Assembly (NCBI GenBank): GCA_964187785.1
Contig: OZ076409.1
Coordinates: 10,046,001 to 10,110,000 of the forward strand
DNA from: Amphiscolops sp. MND2022
Taxonomy: Eukaryota
Direction of reading: 5' to 3'
DNA length: 64,000 bases
Shown: positions 52,818 through 64,000 of the stretch, in pieces
Position numbering within the stretch: the first letter of the stretch is position 1
Layout: each line of letters opens with the position of its first letter
Notes under the pieces: model-generated
Seen by the model: the letters and a program-made list of their open reading frames with translations, nothing else
Told to the model about the DNA's origin: nothing
Databases searched by the model: none
Made by a program: the position numbers and the translations under genes

Positions 52818-55513
52818 ATGTCTCTGCAAACGCATCAAATTCAGTCACAACCATTAGAAGATCTTGGAAATTTGACAGAACTTCAATCGCCTCAACTAGT
52901 TACCTCAACGCCAGTGCAACCCGAGACGTTTACACTTACACTACCTCCTCCTCCTCCAGTTCCATCATTAACCCCTCTCTCACGATCGCATGAATATTTG
53001 ACTACCCCTACCGGAAAGAGTCCGGCTGCAGTTCGACAATATTCACAACCGTCATATTTTGATTGGAATCAATCGCAATGGCTCAACATGGATGGAATTT
53101 CGCACGAACTTCCTCCGAACATGTTTGGTGAAATTCTTCCACCACCTGAACACTCGCCGGACCTTTTTCTTCCTCCGCTTGAAGCTTCGTCGACTGAGCA
53201 ACTTGAAGAAAGCCGGAAAAGAGCAACTAGCTCTGCAACAATTGATATTCCGGAGGTCAGTTTTTGAATTTCAATTGAAAATTTCAAACTGAAGCGGGAG
53301 ATTTTCACCTTCTAGAACCACATAGAGCACGAAAACAAATTTGTTCATCATAACAGCGGAATCCGCTGTCTTATGTTTCATATCATTGACTTCCAAAAGA
53401 GCGTTGCGGAATTTAGGGGCAAATGTTAACACATGTGCAGCGGAATCCGCAGACAAATGCTAATACATTGTGATTTCAGTTTTCGGTACCATACCTCAAG
53501 AAAATTTCCAGCTGCCGCCTTGGCTGAGCGGTGACGGATTTCCATTTTCTTTCAGCTTTACTTTCAAGAAAAAAACTCTCAAGAAAAACTTCATATTTTC
53601 CAGATTTTAAAATTCATTTTGTGTTTGAATTTGAAAACCAATTTGCATATGAATTTGTGATTGAACTTGTTGAGTATTATTTGACTTTCATTCTAATTTT
53701 GAAGTTGTTTTTGAAATTTGTATTCAATATATTTAGAAAATATCGAAGACTTCTATCAGGGTTACTTGTGGCGAGACGACTGAAGAAGAACTTGAGATAG
53801 CCATCAGGGACATTGTAGAGCAGTACAAGAAAACGGAAGCTCTGACACAAAAGCAAAGAACAATGCTCTTTCGTGCTTTGGCGTGTTTCCTCTCAAAGCA
53901 TGCATCACCACCAATGATGGACAAAGGTATCATAGAGCTGACAGTGCATGCTGTTACACAGGCCATCGTTACCTTACAAGAGGACACAGACGATGAAACA
54001 GCAGTTGCAGCAGGAATCAAAATCTATGTTGAGCCTGCTGAATTTTCTCCGATAAGATCGTCGCACACTGTTCCTCGATGGGTAGTGGACGGTTTGAAAA
54101 CATACTACCTGGAGGCAAGACCGCACTTCCTGCCAAAAGAAGGTCTTGATGTTTTCACCAGGGTTTTCGCAGATGACGAAAGAACAGTGAGAACTTACCG
54201 CTTTTTCGTCAATTCCAATGGCTCAACCCATTTCAAAGTGCGCCAACTATGCGACCAATTCAAAGACACGGTAAAAACTTAAACTTCAATCTAGAAACAC
54301 CTAAATTGCTTCAAATGTTTCCAGGGTTTACCTAAGTTTGCGTATTTTAGCTTCAGCAGCACATCGATAACCCTCATGAGACCACCCTAGAAAGACATGT
54401 TGCGAGTTTTCTGCCGTTTCGAAGCGATCCAGGTTTCACCATTGGCAAACAGAAGCAAGTAATCAATCAGGTTTTGTTCTTTTTCGTTTGGTAATAAAAT
54501 ATTGACTTTCTAAGCTTTCGCTTTCAACAAAGGAATGGAAGTTCTTTTTTAGGTGAAAAGTCAGACAGAAAAGTATTCCCACAAAGAGGTTTCCAAGGCA
54601 GTGAAACACAGACTTGACCAATTACGGTACCATCGGCAAACAATTAGAGCGCAACATTGGATCAAGAACAATGGTTGGTTACTGCCAAACTGCAGTGATA
54701 TGGAGCAGCGCCTGAACACCTTTTATGCGAGGATGGGCTGGGACAAATGCGACATCAAGAAAACGATGACTATAGCTTTAAAACAGGTTAGGTTGGGTTA
54801 CGTCGCGTTCGAGTTTTTTAGATTGCAGTGTATTAGATTACGGTAAAATTTCCCAATGGCACAAATCGAAAATCGAATGGGGCAAAAAAATCAATTGTTT
54901 TGGTGCCATAGGGTAAGCAACTAAAGAAGTGTTTTGCCTGTCTGGAGCTGCCCAATGCTAAGTGATCGATGGTTATTAGAAAAAATCATTGCGTTTGGAT
55001 GCTTTGTGTTTTGTATAGATGAAGAGCACATCATCACGGACCAGTATAAGCAGGCCTCAGTTCAATCCAATCATCTGCAAAGGAGACAGGTTGTCATACG
55101 AAAACCAGATGAGTTTAAAAGACCGAATTGACAACCAAAAGTGGGAATGGATTTGCGATGCCCATTTCACTAAATTCGGTCGAGGCATTGTCAGTCTAGG
55201 AAAACTGGAGAAAGACACAATAATTGTAGACTACCACGGGAAAGTCATTACCGGCCAGAAGTTCGATGAGTACGTGCAGCAACCCGACGTTACGAGCGAG
55301 TTTGTCATGGAAGTAGCAGGTCCACCAAAGCGACTTATAGATGCCAGTTCCGAGATTTGTGTGGATCATCCAACAAATTTATGTAATAATAATAATGTTT
55401 TATCTTTAGAGTTGTAAGATTAAAAATGTCTACAATTTCGTTATGTCGTTTAGGTATGGGTCGTTTAGCCAACCACGCGACCCAGAGAAAAAACAACGCT
55501 GATAACAGAGAAG
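52818..55513 (+). CDS. Multi-exon protein with a degenerate tyrosine-recombinase-like segment and a C-terminal SET domain (PR-Set7/SETD8-like); runs into the gap
   Basis: In-frame exons 52818-53255, 53737-54270, 54351-54458, 54553-54786, 55019-55382 and 55454-gap. SET motifs FGRGIV, IVDYHGKVI, IDAS and CMGRLANHA. Confidence 0.82.
53345..53510 (+). repeat. Further partial copy of the ~218-bp unit inside SET-gene intron 1
   Basis: Matches ~47545-47705. Confidence 0.85.
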
Positions 55514-55713
55514 NNNNNNNNNNNNNNNNNNNNNNNNNNNNNNNNNNNNNNNNNNNNNNNNNNNNNNNNNNNNNNNNNNNNNNNNNNNNNNNNNNNNNNN
55601 NNNNNNNNNNNNNNNNNNNNNNNNNNNNNNNNNNNNNNNNNNNNNNNNNNNNNNNNNNNNNNNNNNNNNNNNNNNNNNNNNNNNNNNNNNNNNNNNNNNN
55701 NNNNNNNNNNNNN
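55514..55713. other. Assembly gap (200 N)
   Basis: Run of N. Confidence 1.
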
Positions 55714-57071
55714 TTTGCTGAAAACCACGTGCGCTTTGGAGCGTGAGCGCTCCGTAAACGAAATTTTAGACGTCCTCTTGCAGAAAACTCGTGCTAAAAA
55801 AGTGGTGCTTTTTTGATTGATGTATGGAATCGTGGATTTGATCAATTTCAAGGTGCATTTTTGAGTACTGTTTTTCTAGCTCTCGAGCTAGCTCTGTTTC
55901 AACAGTTTCTGGACGATGCAGATTCTCTGGATGGCAAGAAGCAAGACCTCATGGTTGCCCAATCAGCAAAAGATGACAGTGCCACTGGACAGTTGCAAAA
56001 TCACCAGTTTGAGATCCCCGTGGATTGCACTCATGATGTGGCGATGTATTCAATGCCAGCCTCTCCGCATGACAGGGACATCATGCATAAAGCCCGGGGA
56101 GTGATGTAACGGCAAGCTCTGGTACAGCAATATCAACCGATTTTGCAACTTTGACATGTTCAGAAATTTTGTCAAAAATTCTAATTCGATGTGTGACGTG
56201 GCACTGAGCATGTGATTGCTCTTTTCGCTGTTTCTACGAAATTGGCAGGTACTTCGACAACAAAGAGCAAGAACGAGCAAAAATACGGGCGCGCCGCCAT
56301 GACAGAAGCCAGAGACGGCAAGAACATCCGAAAATAGACTCTTTTGAGGTGCTAACACCGGTTTTATCGATTTTCAGCATTATGCTACCCTATGTAGCAG
56401 AAACCGGTAAAATGAGTCTTTTCGCTTAATTGTCCTTGTTTGGTGCTTGGAGCCCCTGCGCCCCAGCTTTTTAGCTGTGTGGTTTGCCATTCCGATGTGT
56501 GCTTTGATGTATTTCTGCTGGATTTAGCCGTTTGAACTAGCGCCAGCGCTAGTTTGTGCACTTTTAGATCTTACTCCCCATTTAAGATATTATTCCGATC
56601 TCAGATGGAAGATGGAAATTTACACTGTTTATTCTTGGCATTGTTTTTAAAGGCTGTCTAAACGGTGGTCCCAGGCAAAGGGCCGAGACGGATGCCCGTT
56701 ATTCTCAGCAGTTACAGACTGGGACCAGGCCAGAGAGCGTCCTACAAGACGGTTCCCCCACCTTGGGACTGGCTCCTTCGCAGGGAAAATGAGCTAGAGC
56801 CGCGGAGATCTAGGTCCCAGATTATATTCGCTGTTCTAGTTCCTCCACTCTACGTTGCGGTTCAAGCGCCAGCGCTTATCGTTACAAATCTTCTGCCATT
56901 TTTACCGATGAGATCACTGTAACTGTTCCAACCTGCTCATTTGTTCGTGTACAATAATCATCAGCAACAACGAACTTCACATTCATTTCAATCGATTAAT
57001 CTACCTCGACTGTTAGAATCAAAAGACAATCAAAACAGAATGCGTATAATATTTTTCAGAACACGTATATT

Positions 57072-57980
57072 ATGATTGGGATAATCATCGTTTGTGTATC
57101 ATTCACACTTCATGCAGAAAAAGCAGCTGGAAATTCCAATATAATTCGTTCCACGGCATTCGAAAACCCAATAAATGAGAAACGTTTGGACGCAGGAAGT
57201 GTTATTGAAACACGACAAGAAACATTGGGTACAAAATGCGCTCTTGCTTGTTCTTAAAACGATGACTGCCTTTCGTTCGGTTTCTGCGGGGAAGAATCTT
57301 GCAAATTGTACAGCGAAGACATGTTTTCAACGGAACATGGTGAGAAAATTCCAGAATTCTGCAAATAATTTGGAATGAAGAAGGAATCGAAACCAATATG
57401 CCAGCAAGATGGCGTGTTTGCAGACATACAGAGTGACGATGGAAACAGTACCGATTGTCTCATAGATGGAAAGCGAGTTGACAGAGAGTGGGGCCAATGG
57501 GGAGGGAATGAAATAGTAGATGACCCTCCTGATTGGAAAATAGTTAACAAGAGAGAGACTTTAGTTGATGCAGCTCACGGAGGAATTCATGACTTGGGAA
57601 ATTTTGAGCGATCCCTAGAATGGATCAAGTTTGTGGATCAAGAGATGACATGGGAAGATGCAAAAGCAAACTGCGAAACTTTAGGTGGAACTTTGTTCTC
57701 CAGAGTAGATGGAAGCGAGGAGCAATTAAGTTTCTTGCTACAGAAAATGAACAGGAAGTCGCACTGGTTGGGGATCTACACAAAAGATCACAAAGTCTGG
57801 AAATCTGTGACAGGTGACGTCATTAAATCAGCTTCACTGTATTGGAAAAGTGGTCAACCAAATGATTTTTTAGGTGATCAAAATTATGTTGCTAACCGTA
57901 AATGGAAAACCGAATTGATCATTGGTTTGGCAGATGACCAAAACTCGGATGTCAAAGGATCAGTGTGCGACATGCTGTGA
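57072..57980 (+). pseudogene. PAN/apple + C-type lectin paralogue with two in-frame stops
   Basis: Colinear with 24883-25803; TAA at 57255-57257 (AAA in the paralogue) and at 57366-57368 (TAC in the paralogue); small in-frame deletion. Confidence 0.9.
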
Positions 57981-58603
57981 CGGGCTACATGATTCAACAA
58001 AAAATTTTGAAAAACTTGACTGTACAAAAATTTTCATACTAAACTTGAAACTGTTCTCCGTCGCTTAATTTAATCATTACTATCCTTTTAACCCGTGTTG
58101 GAAATGCTTGAACTTTTTGCAAGCTCACCAAAGTTGCCACCAACTTTCACATGATATTTTAAAAATCTCACAAGGACTTTATCAATAAAATTTCTCCCCA
58201 TTCTTCTCGAATTATCCCAATCTCCTCAAAAAAGCTTCCTAAATTTGGCGGAACTTTCAAACTTTGAAATTTTGCAAGTTTCATGAAGAAGCTGTTCTAT
58301 TTTGAAATGATTTGAGATGTTACCATCTTCACCGCTACTTCAATCCGAATTCAATTCAAATACGGCAACTAATCACGAAACACTATGAAATTGACGCAGG
58401 AAATGCCTCGTAACGTCTGTGAAAATAAATGAGAAAAATCATTACTCTGTTTTAGACAAAACCAAAGATAAGCATATTTTACTCGCTTATTGTCAATATA
58501 CTTACTTCAATAACCCTGATTGTGTTCGTTTTTGCTCGAGAAATCACGAACCGCTCACGATTGCGTGATTGGTTGGTTTCATTACACAAACAATGTATGC
58601 ATC

Positions 58604-59152
58604 CCCAGTGACACGAATCTTGGTAGCCTTGCCAAGATCTTGGAAAAACATGGAAACGCATGGTAGGCTTACCAAGACGCATGGAAAAACATGATGCATG
58701 CTACGCTTGGTAAGATCTTGGCAAGATCTTGGCAAGATCTTGACAAGCGTTCCATGTGGAAATGCTTGCCAAGATCATGGCAAGATCTTATCAAGATCTT
58801 GGCAAGCAAATGATATGAAGATCTCTTCTTCAGAAAAACTGAAAAAAACTTGTTTAACCCAATCTAGTTGCAGTTACAACGAAAATCTTGGAATGCTTTG
58901 CAAAATGCATGAAAAAATCCTGGTTGGATTGGCAAGATGGATAGAAAAATCTTGGTATGCTTGGCAAGACACATGGAAAAGCTTGGTAAGATACATGGAA
59001 AATCTTGGTACGCTTGGTAAGACGCATGGTCAGCCTTGCCATGATCTTGCATGATCATGGTAGCCTTGGTAAGATCTTGGCAAGATCTTGCCAAGATCTT
59101 GGCAAGCATACCCATGCATCTTGGCAAGCGTGCCAAGATTCGTGTCACTGGG
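58604..59152. mobile_element. MITE with CCCAGTGACACGAATCTTGG TIRs and CCAAGATCTTGG subrepeats
   Basis: Perfect 20-bp terminal match with long imperfect arms; 2-bp TSD TC (58602-58603 and 59153-59154). Confidence 0.9.
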
Positions 59153-59881
59153 TCAGCATTGGAACTGCATAGGTCTTAATTATGACACTGCTAAGATAGT
59201 CGGTCCGATTGTAAAATACTTTTTGCATAGCTTTAGAAATTATCTCTTCACTTCAATTCATACAAGTTGTATTTTTCATAACTTTCAATTTAAAAATGAT
59301 AGTTAAAAATGAGTTTTGCATCACCATCATTCGGTTCACAAAGCTCCAGAGAAGCAGAATTTACTTTTTAAATCTATTTCCGAGTACATATTGAGAAGCT
59401 TTTCTTACTTTGGGAGGATAGTTTTGGATAACAGTTTGATACAAATATTATGTGGCCCACCGTACACAATGAATACAAAACTTCACAGATTTACCTGCGT
59501 AAACATTCGTCAGGAATCAACCGTTTTTTCGAAATCAACCAATCATCAACCACGTTGTCTTGGCCCTGTTGAGGCTTTTGGTGATTAGGCCTTTCTCGAG
59601 GTAATAACGTAAATCACGGGACAAGGTCTCACACCAATCCCTTACCTTCTGGACATTGGGTACATTTGACGCACCAAAGTAAGGCCAACACTCGAAGCGA
59701 CACCTAACGATGCCGATGCGTCAAAACAAGAGTCCACAGAAGAAGTAAGTTAATTTCCCCAATTCTGCGCGGCGGACGACAATTAAGCAGTTCTGCTTTT
59801 CTAAGTCGGTGCCCTTTTGGATACAAGCTATGGTACCACATTTGCAGCCAAGTAATTATGAACTTGAAGCTGTGGTTTCAA

Positions 59882-61340
59882 TGTAACGTCCAGCTAGCAG
59901 CGTACATCCTAGAAATGGGACAATGCCTAGATTACTTGAACAGGAGACCAGTGCCTTACTACAACCTAGACATTAGTTTTTAATCCCAAAATGGTCTCCT
60001 AAGCGGACTTTTTTGTGCGTCTCAGGAGACTCCCCAATGAGAGCTCCGTGGCGACGTGCCGGCACACTCAAAATCCGGACATGTCCCACAAGCCTGTAAA
60101 AACTATTCCTAAGGTTCCTGTGACTTCCTACATACTTCCGAGGTCCGAAAAACGGTTTCCCTGAAAAACATTATATTTGGGGAATAATGACTAAAACAAA
60201 GACCTAGCAGGTCAAACATCATTAGAATACCTGGAAAAAGCAATAATAACATAATGGGAAGCACCGATAAGGTCACAATTCGAGTTCAGTCAGTTCCATG
60301 TTTGTAACCATTCCTCATCTTCAGGGGATACCCACTCCGTTTTATCATTCTTCTGGTTCTTGTCGAAGAAGAGGTTCATTTGTGACGAGAAAGCACAACT
60401 TCGTGGCTGGCTTGTCAAGGGTTGGCAGCATATTCTTTTGTGTTTTTATACTTTTTTAGCTCCCTCTCGAGGGGTCCGGGGGCGATATCTTTCTCTCTCT
60501 CTCTCTTGTGTTTTTTCATTTCAGGGACCTGCCAGGTCGGCCATCTTGATTCGCACATTTTAGATTTTTTGTACCACTTTTTGTACGTCTTTTGCCGGAC
60601 GATACAGCCTCCCCAGGCTGTAGTGTGGCGTCCTCGGCAATCAGAAGAGAATGTCATATACCCAGAGGGTTTAACAACATAATTTTCAACCTATCGGATC
60701 TGATGAGGTCCCTGAAATCGCAAAAAGTAAACACAAGGGCGAGAGAGCCCCCGGACTCCTCGAGAAGAACTGAAAAAAGATAAAAACACATATGATAGGC
60801 TAATCCTTGACACACCACGAAGTTGTGCTTTCCCGTCAAAAATGAACATTTTCTTCGACAAAAACTAGAAGAATGATAAAAATCAGTGGTTATCCCCTGA
60901 AAATGAGGAATGATTACAAGCACGGAACTGACTAAACTCGAATTGTGACATTATCGAAGCATCCCATTATAATATTATTGCTGTTTCCAGGTATTCTGAT
61001 GATGTTTGACCTGCTAGGTCTTTATTTTAGTATTTTTCCTCAAAATTATTGTTTTTCAGGTAAACCGTTTTTCGGACCTCGGAAGTATGTAGGAAGTCGC
61101 AGGAACCTTAGGATTCCTTTTTACAGGTTTGTGGGACATGTCCGGACTTTGAGAGTGCCGGCACGTCGCCACGAAGCTCTCATTGGGGAATCTCCTGAGA
61201 CGCACAAAAAGTCCCCTTAGGAGACCATTTTGGGATTAAAAAGTTGTAATCTCTAGGTTGTAGTAAAACACTGATCTCCTGTTCAAGCAATCTAGGCATT
61301 GTCCCACTTCTTGGATGTACACTGCTAGCTGGACGTTACA
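59882..61340. mobile_element. Fold-back element or palindromic LTR: TGTAAC...GTTACA with ~420-bp inverted arms
   Basis: 59882-~60300 is the imperfect reverse complement of ~60920-61340; no TSD seen. Confidence 0.75.
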
Positions 61341-63603
61341 TCTAGAATTGTTTTTATAGCGCCCTACAGGGAACTTTTTTTTTGTTTCGGCGTCGTACAA
61401 AGAAATTTTTCCTGCTTTCCGGCCCCGTTAGGTCCGGATTTAGGAAAATCTTGTTGGAGGGTCCTAGAGTTTTTAATTGCCTTTTTCTAGACTAGCCGGT
61501 TTCGTACTAGTTTTTTCGTGTGTTTCTTGCATGTTTCCGAGGTCTAGCACAAGAAACAGTCGGTTAAACACAGAGTACCCCTTTCACCCTAATAGTAACC
61601 GTTTAAATAGCTATTCCGGCCTATGTGGACCTGGTTTTAAAGGGTTTTGCAGTTTGATTTCATCTTATTGGCAATGTATGGGAAGTGTGAGGACGCGGAA
61701 TGAAGGTCCCCGCTTGCTGTGACGAAGTGGTGGCGTCCTTCGCAGCTCTACTTTCCTTCATCCATTGATTGCCACACCCACGACAACTGCTGGGTTACTT
61801 CGTTTTGTTCGAATTTTGTAGCTTTAAAAGCACAATCCCAGGCCTTACCCATAATAACTGAGAAAGAAACCCTGCGTGTATTTTGACCGATTTTTGAGAA
61901 AAAATAGCAAGATCGAAACGCTATTTTAGCTAAAATTGCCCGAATTTTAGTTTAATTACTTTTGAAACCCAAAATTTCTCACAAAAGGGTACGGCTAGTG
62001 GGAATACTATAAAAACGTTCCATTAGACCTACAAAGTCAGGAAGAGAAAAAGTTGTTTGGCTAATTTGCGGAAACACTTAAAAAAATCAGCGAATTTTGT
62101 TGAAAAATAGTCAAATTGGGCTAATTGGACCAAATATGACAAAGGCAAAGACTCAGGCGCTTTCACTTGAGACTTCAGAGAGTGTTCCAAAACCCTATTT
62201 TTGTGCTTGGTAGTACAAAACACTACTTCCAAGTCGTTTTCCAAGTTCTTTTCAATACAAATTGAAACGTCATCAGTGCTTTTCTTTTGATATATTTGAC
62301 CTGAATAGAGGTCGCAATAGACCTGAGAGAAATAACATCAAAACGAATAATTGAATCAGCCCCAGTCCTCAAAATTATATTTTAAAACCTTCTTACACTA
62401 CTGTCAGAACCACCCGGAAAGTGTGAGAACGAAGAAATAAAAATTTCTTGGTGAAAATACGTTATTTCAGCACTGTTCCGGGAGTGTAAAAACTGTAATG
62501 TGAAAAAATTTTGGGAGACCTTGTTTGATACCTGCCGGGTTTTGCTTGCCTTTTTCTGTTAGTAGAGAGTTAAACGTTGCAAACGCAGAAAGACGCAAGT
62601 GATTCCAACCAGTGGTTGCCGAGAGATAGCCAAAATTGTGTTTTTTTGCGACATTTTCGGAACATTGGAGTAGCGTTTCTGAGACAAGATAAAATCCTCC
62701 TTAGTAGGAGCAGATTGCTTCATCGCGTAGACCCTAAACCGTTACGTTAGTGGTGTTGTATTCGTAGCGCTAGCATTACCAGTGATTGAGAAATCGTAGC
62801 TGCAGTTCTTCTTAAAAAGAATATGAAAGTGTCAAAAAAAAATCGTTGAGAATCCCCAGGATATCCCAGCATCAAAATATTTGCATTTTCACACCCACGG
62901 CACTAAATCCCGACGATTTGTGCAATTTAAGCAGCTACTGTCCAACCTGGCGAAATTGACTTCGGTTACATCATAGTTTTGTCACCTCGAATCGTCAGAG
63001 AGTGACCCAGGCACCTAGCAACTGCGTTTTTTCTGTTACGTGGGCATAATTTGCACTCGCACACAAATTTTCAGGTAGCTAGGACGCCTAGAAGGAGAGT
63101 TTGACAACTCGTTGCGAATTTCACAACATAGTCGATTTTTATATCAACATTGTTGAGCCACCGCAAGTCATAGAATCAGTTTTAGTTAATTCCCCACGAT
63201 TCGGCCAGTGTAGTATACATTGTGAAATTTGCTGGTCGCTAGCAACGCTAGAAGGGATTTTCACCTTTCCCAGACGTGCATATTGACAACAATTTGCTTA
63301 TTTTGTGAATTTTCGTTATAAAAATTCACACTTTTCGCAAGTGTAGTTGCAAATGAGGGCTCGAATGACCCTAGATCTACACCAGTCACCAGTGGCACGT
63401 CCTGGTGAGATAATTTTGGTAGAGCTAAGGTGACCCTAAGACCTTGGGTCCCTGAGAAAACAATCTACGAGACGTACTAGTGAGAAAGTTGGAAACCCAA
63501 CGTTCCTCATAGCTGCCAACAAAAGTCTTCTAGGTACGCAACCTTACCAAAAATTGTGCGCGCCTCCCACTCTGCCTTAGTTTTTCCGAGCATCTCACGA
63601 CCT

Positions 63604-64000
63604 TACTTTTTTAGCTCCCTCTCGAGGGGTCCGGGGCGATATCTTTCTCTCTCTCTCTTGTGTTTTTTTAATTCAGGGACCTGCCAGGTCGGCCATCTTG
63701 ATTCGCACATTTTAGATTTTTTGTACCACTTTTTGTACGTCTTTTGCCGGACGATACAGCCTCCCCAGGCTGTAGTGTGGCGTCCTCGGCAATCAGAAGA
63801 GAATGTCATATACCCAGAGGGTTTAACAACATAATTTTCAACCTATCGGATCTGATGAGGTCCCTGAAATCGCAAAAAGTAAACACAAGGGCGAGAGAGC
63901 CCCCGGACTCCTCGAGAAGAACTGAAAAAAGATAAAAACACATATGATAGGCTAATCCTTGACACACCACGAAGTTGTGCTTTCCCGTCAAAAATGAACA
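63604..64000 (+). repeat. Near-identical direct copy of the fold-back element's central spacer (~60448-60848)
   Basis: Same sequence and same short ORFs; runs off the window end. Confidence 0.9.

Larger units (their letters stand above)
39590..55513. mobile_element. Putative giant DNA transposon: RAG1/Transib-related transposase with Tudor-like, JmjC and SET cargo; right end not seen (likely in the gap)
   Basis: Abrupt junction within a gag ORF; GCGGA(A/T)TCCGC repeats throughout this block and not noticed elsewhere; four spliced genes including a DDE transposase. No TIR pair or TSD could be verified. Confidence 0.7.

Noticed and set aside
55714..57000. Continuation or right end of the giant element after the gap
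   Set aside because: No GCGGATTCCGC repeats, no reverse complement of the left end and no resumed gag; the ORFs spanning the N run are artefacts.
58479..59306. Overlapping short ORFs on both strands
   Set aside because: By-products of palindromic MITE repeats; the same applies at 26478-26789 and 29955-31007.
61400..63600. Possible decayed gag/pol after the fold-back element
   Set aside because: No ORF over ~80 aa and no motif I could recognise.

Overview
This is an AT-rich, transposon-dense eukaryotic (invertebrate-type) window with spliceosomal introns and one 200-N gap at 55514-55713. The only clear host genes are intronless secreted PAN/apple + C-type lectin genes: one intact, one with two nonsense codons, and one fragment. 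Around them lie degenerate LTR retroelements with a class III-type (chuvirus G/herpes gB-like) env, two young non-autonomous LTR elements with 5-bp TSDs, three CCC...GGG MITEs with 2-bp TSDs, a Helentron-like repeat and a fold-back TG...CA element. The main discovery is a >=15.9-kb block (~39590 to the gap) that begins where a gag ORF is cut off and is marked by GCGGATTCCGC repeats. It holds four spliced genes: a Tudor-like protein, a RAG1/Transib-related DDE transposase with a frameshifted BRCT tail, a C2H2 + JmjC demethylase, and a tyrosine-recombinase-like + SET methyltransferase. It looks like a giant DNA transposon carrying a chromatin reader, eraser and writer. All domain calls come from motif recognition by eye; no searches were run.
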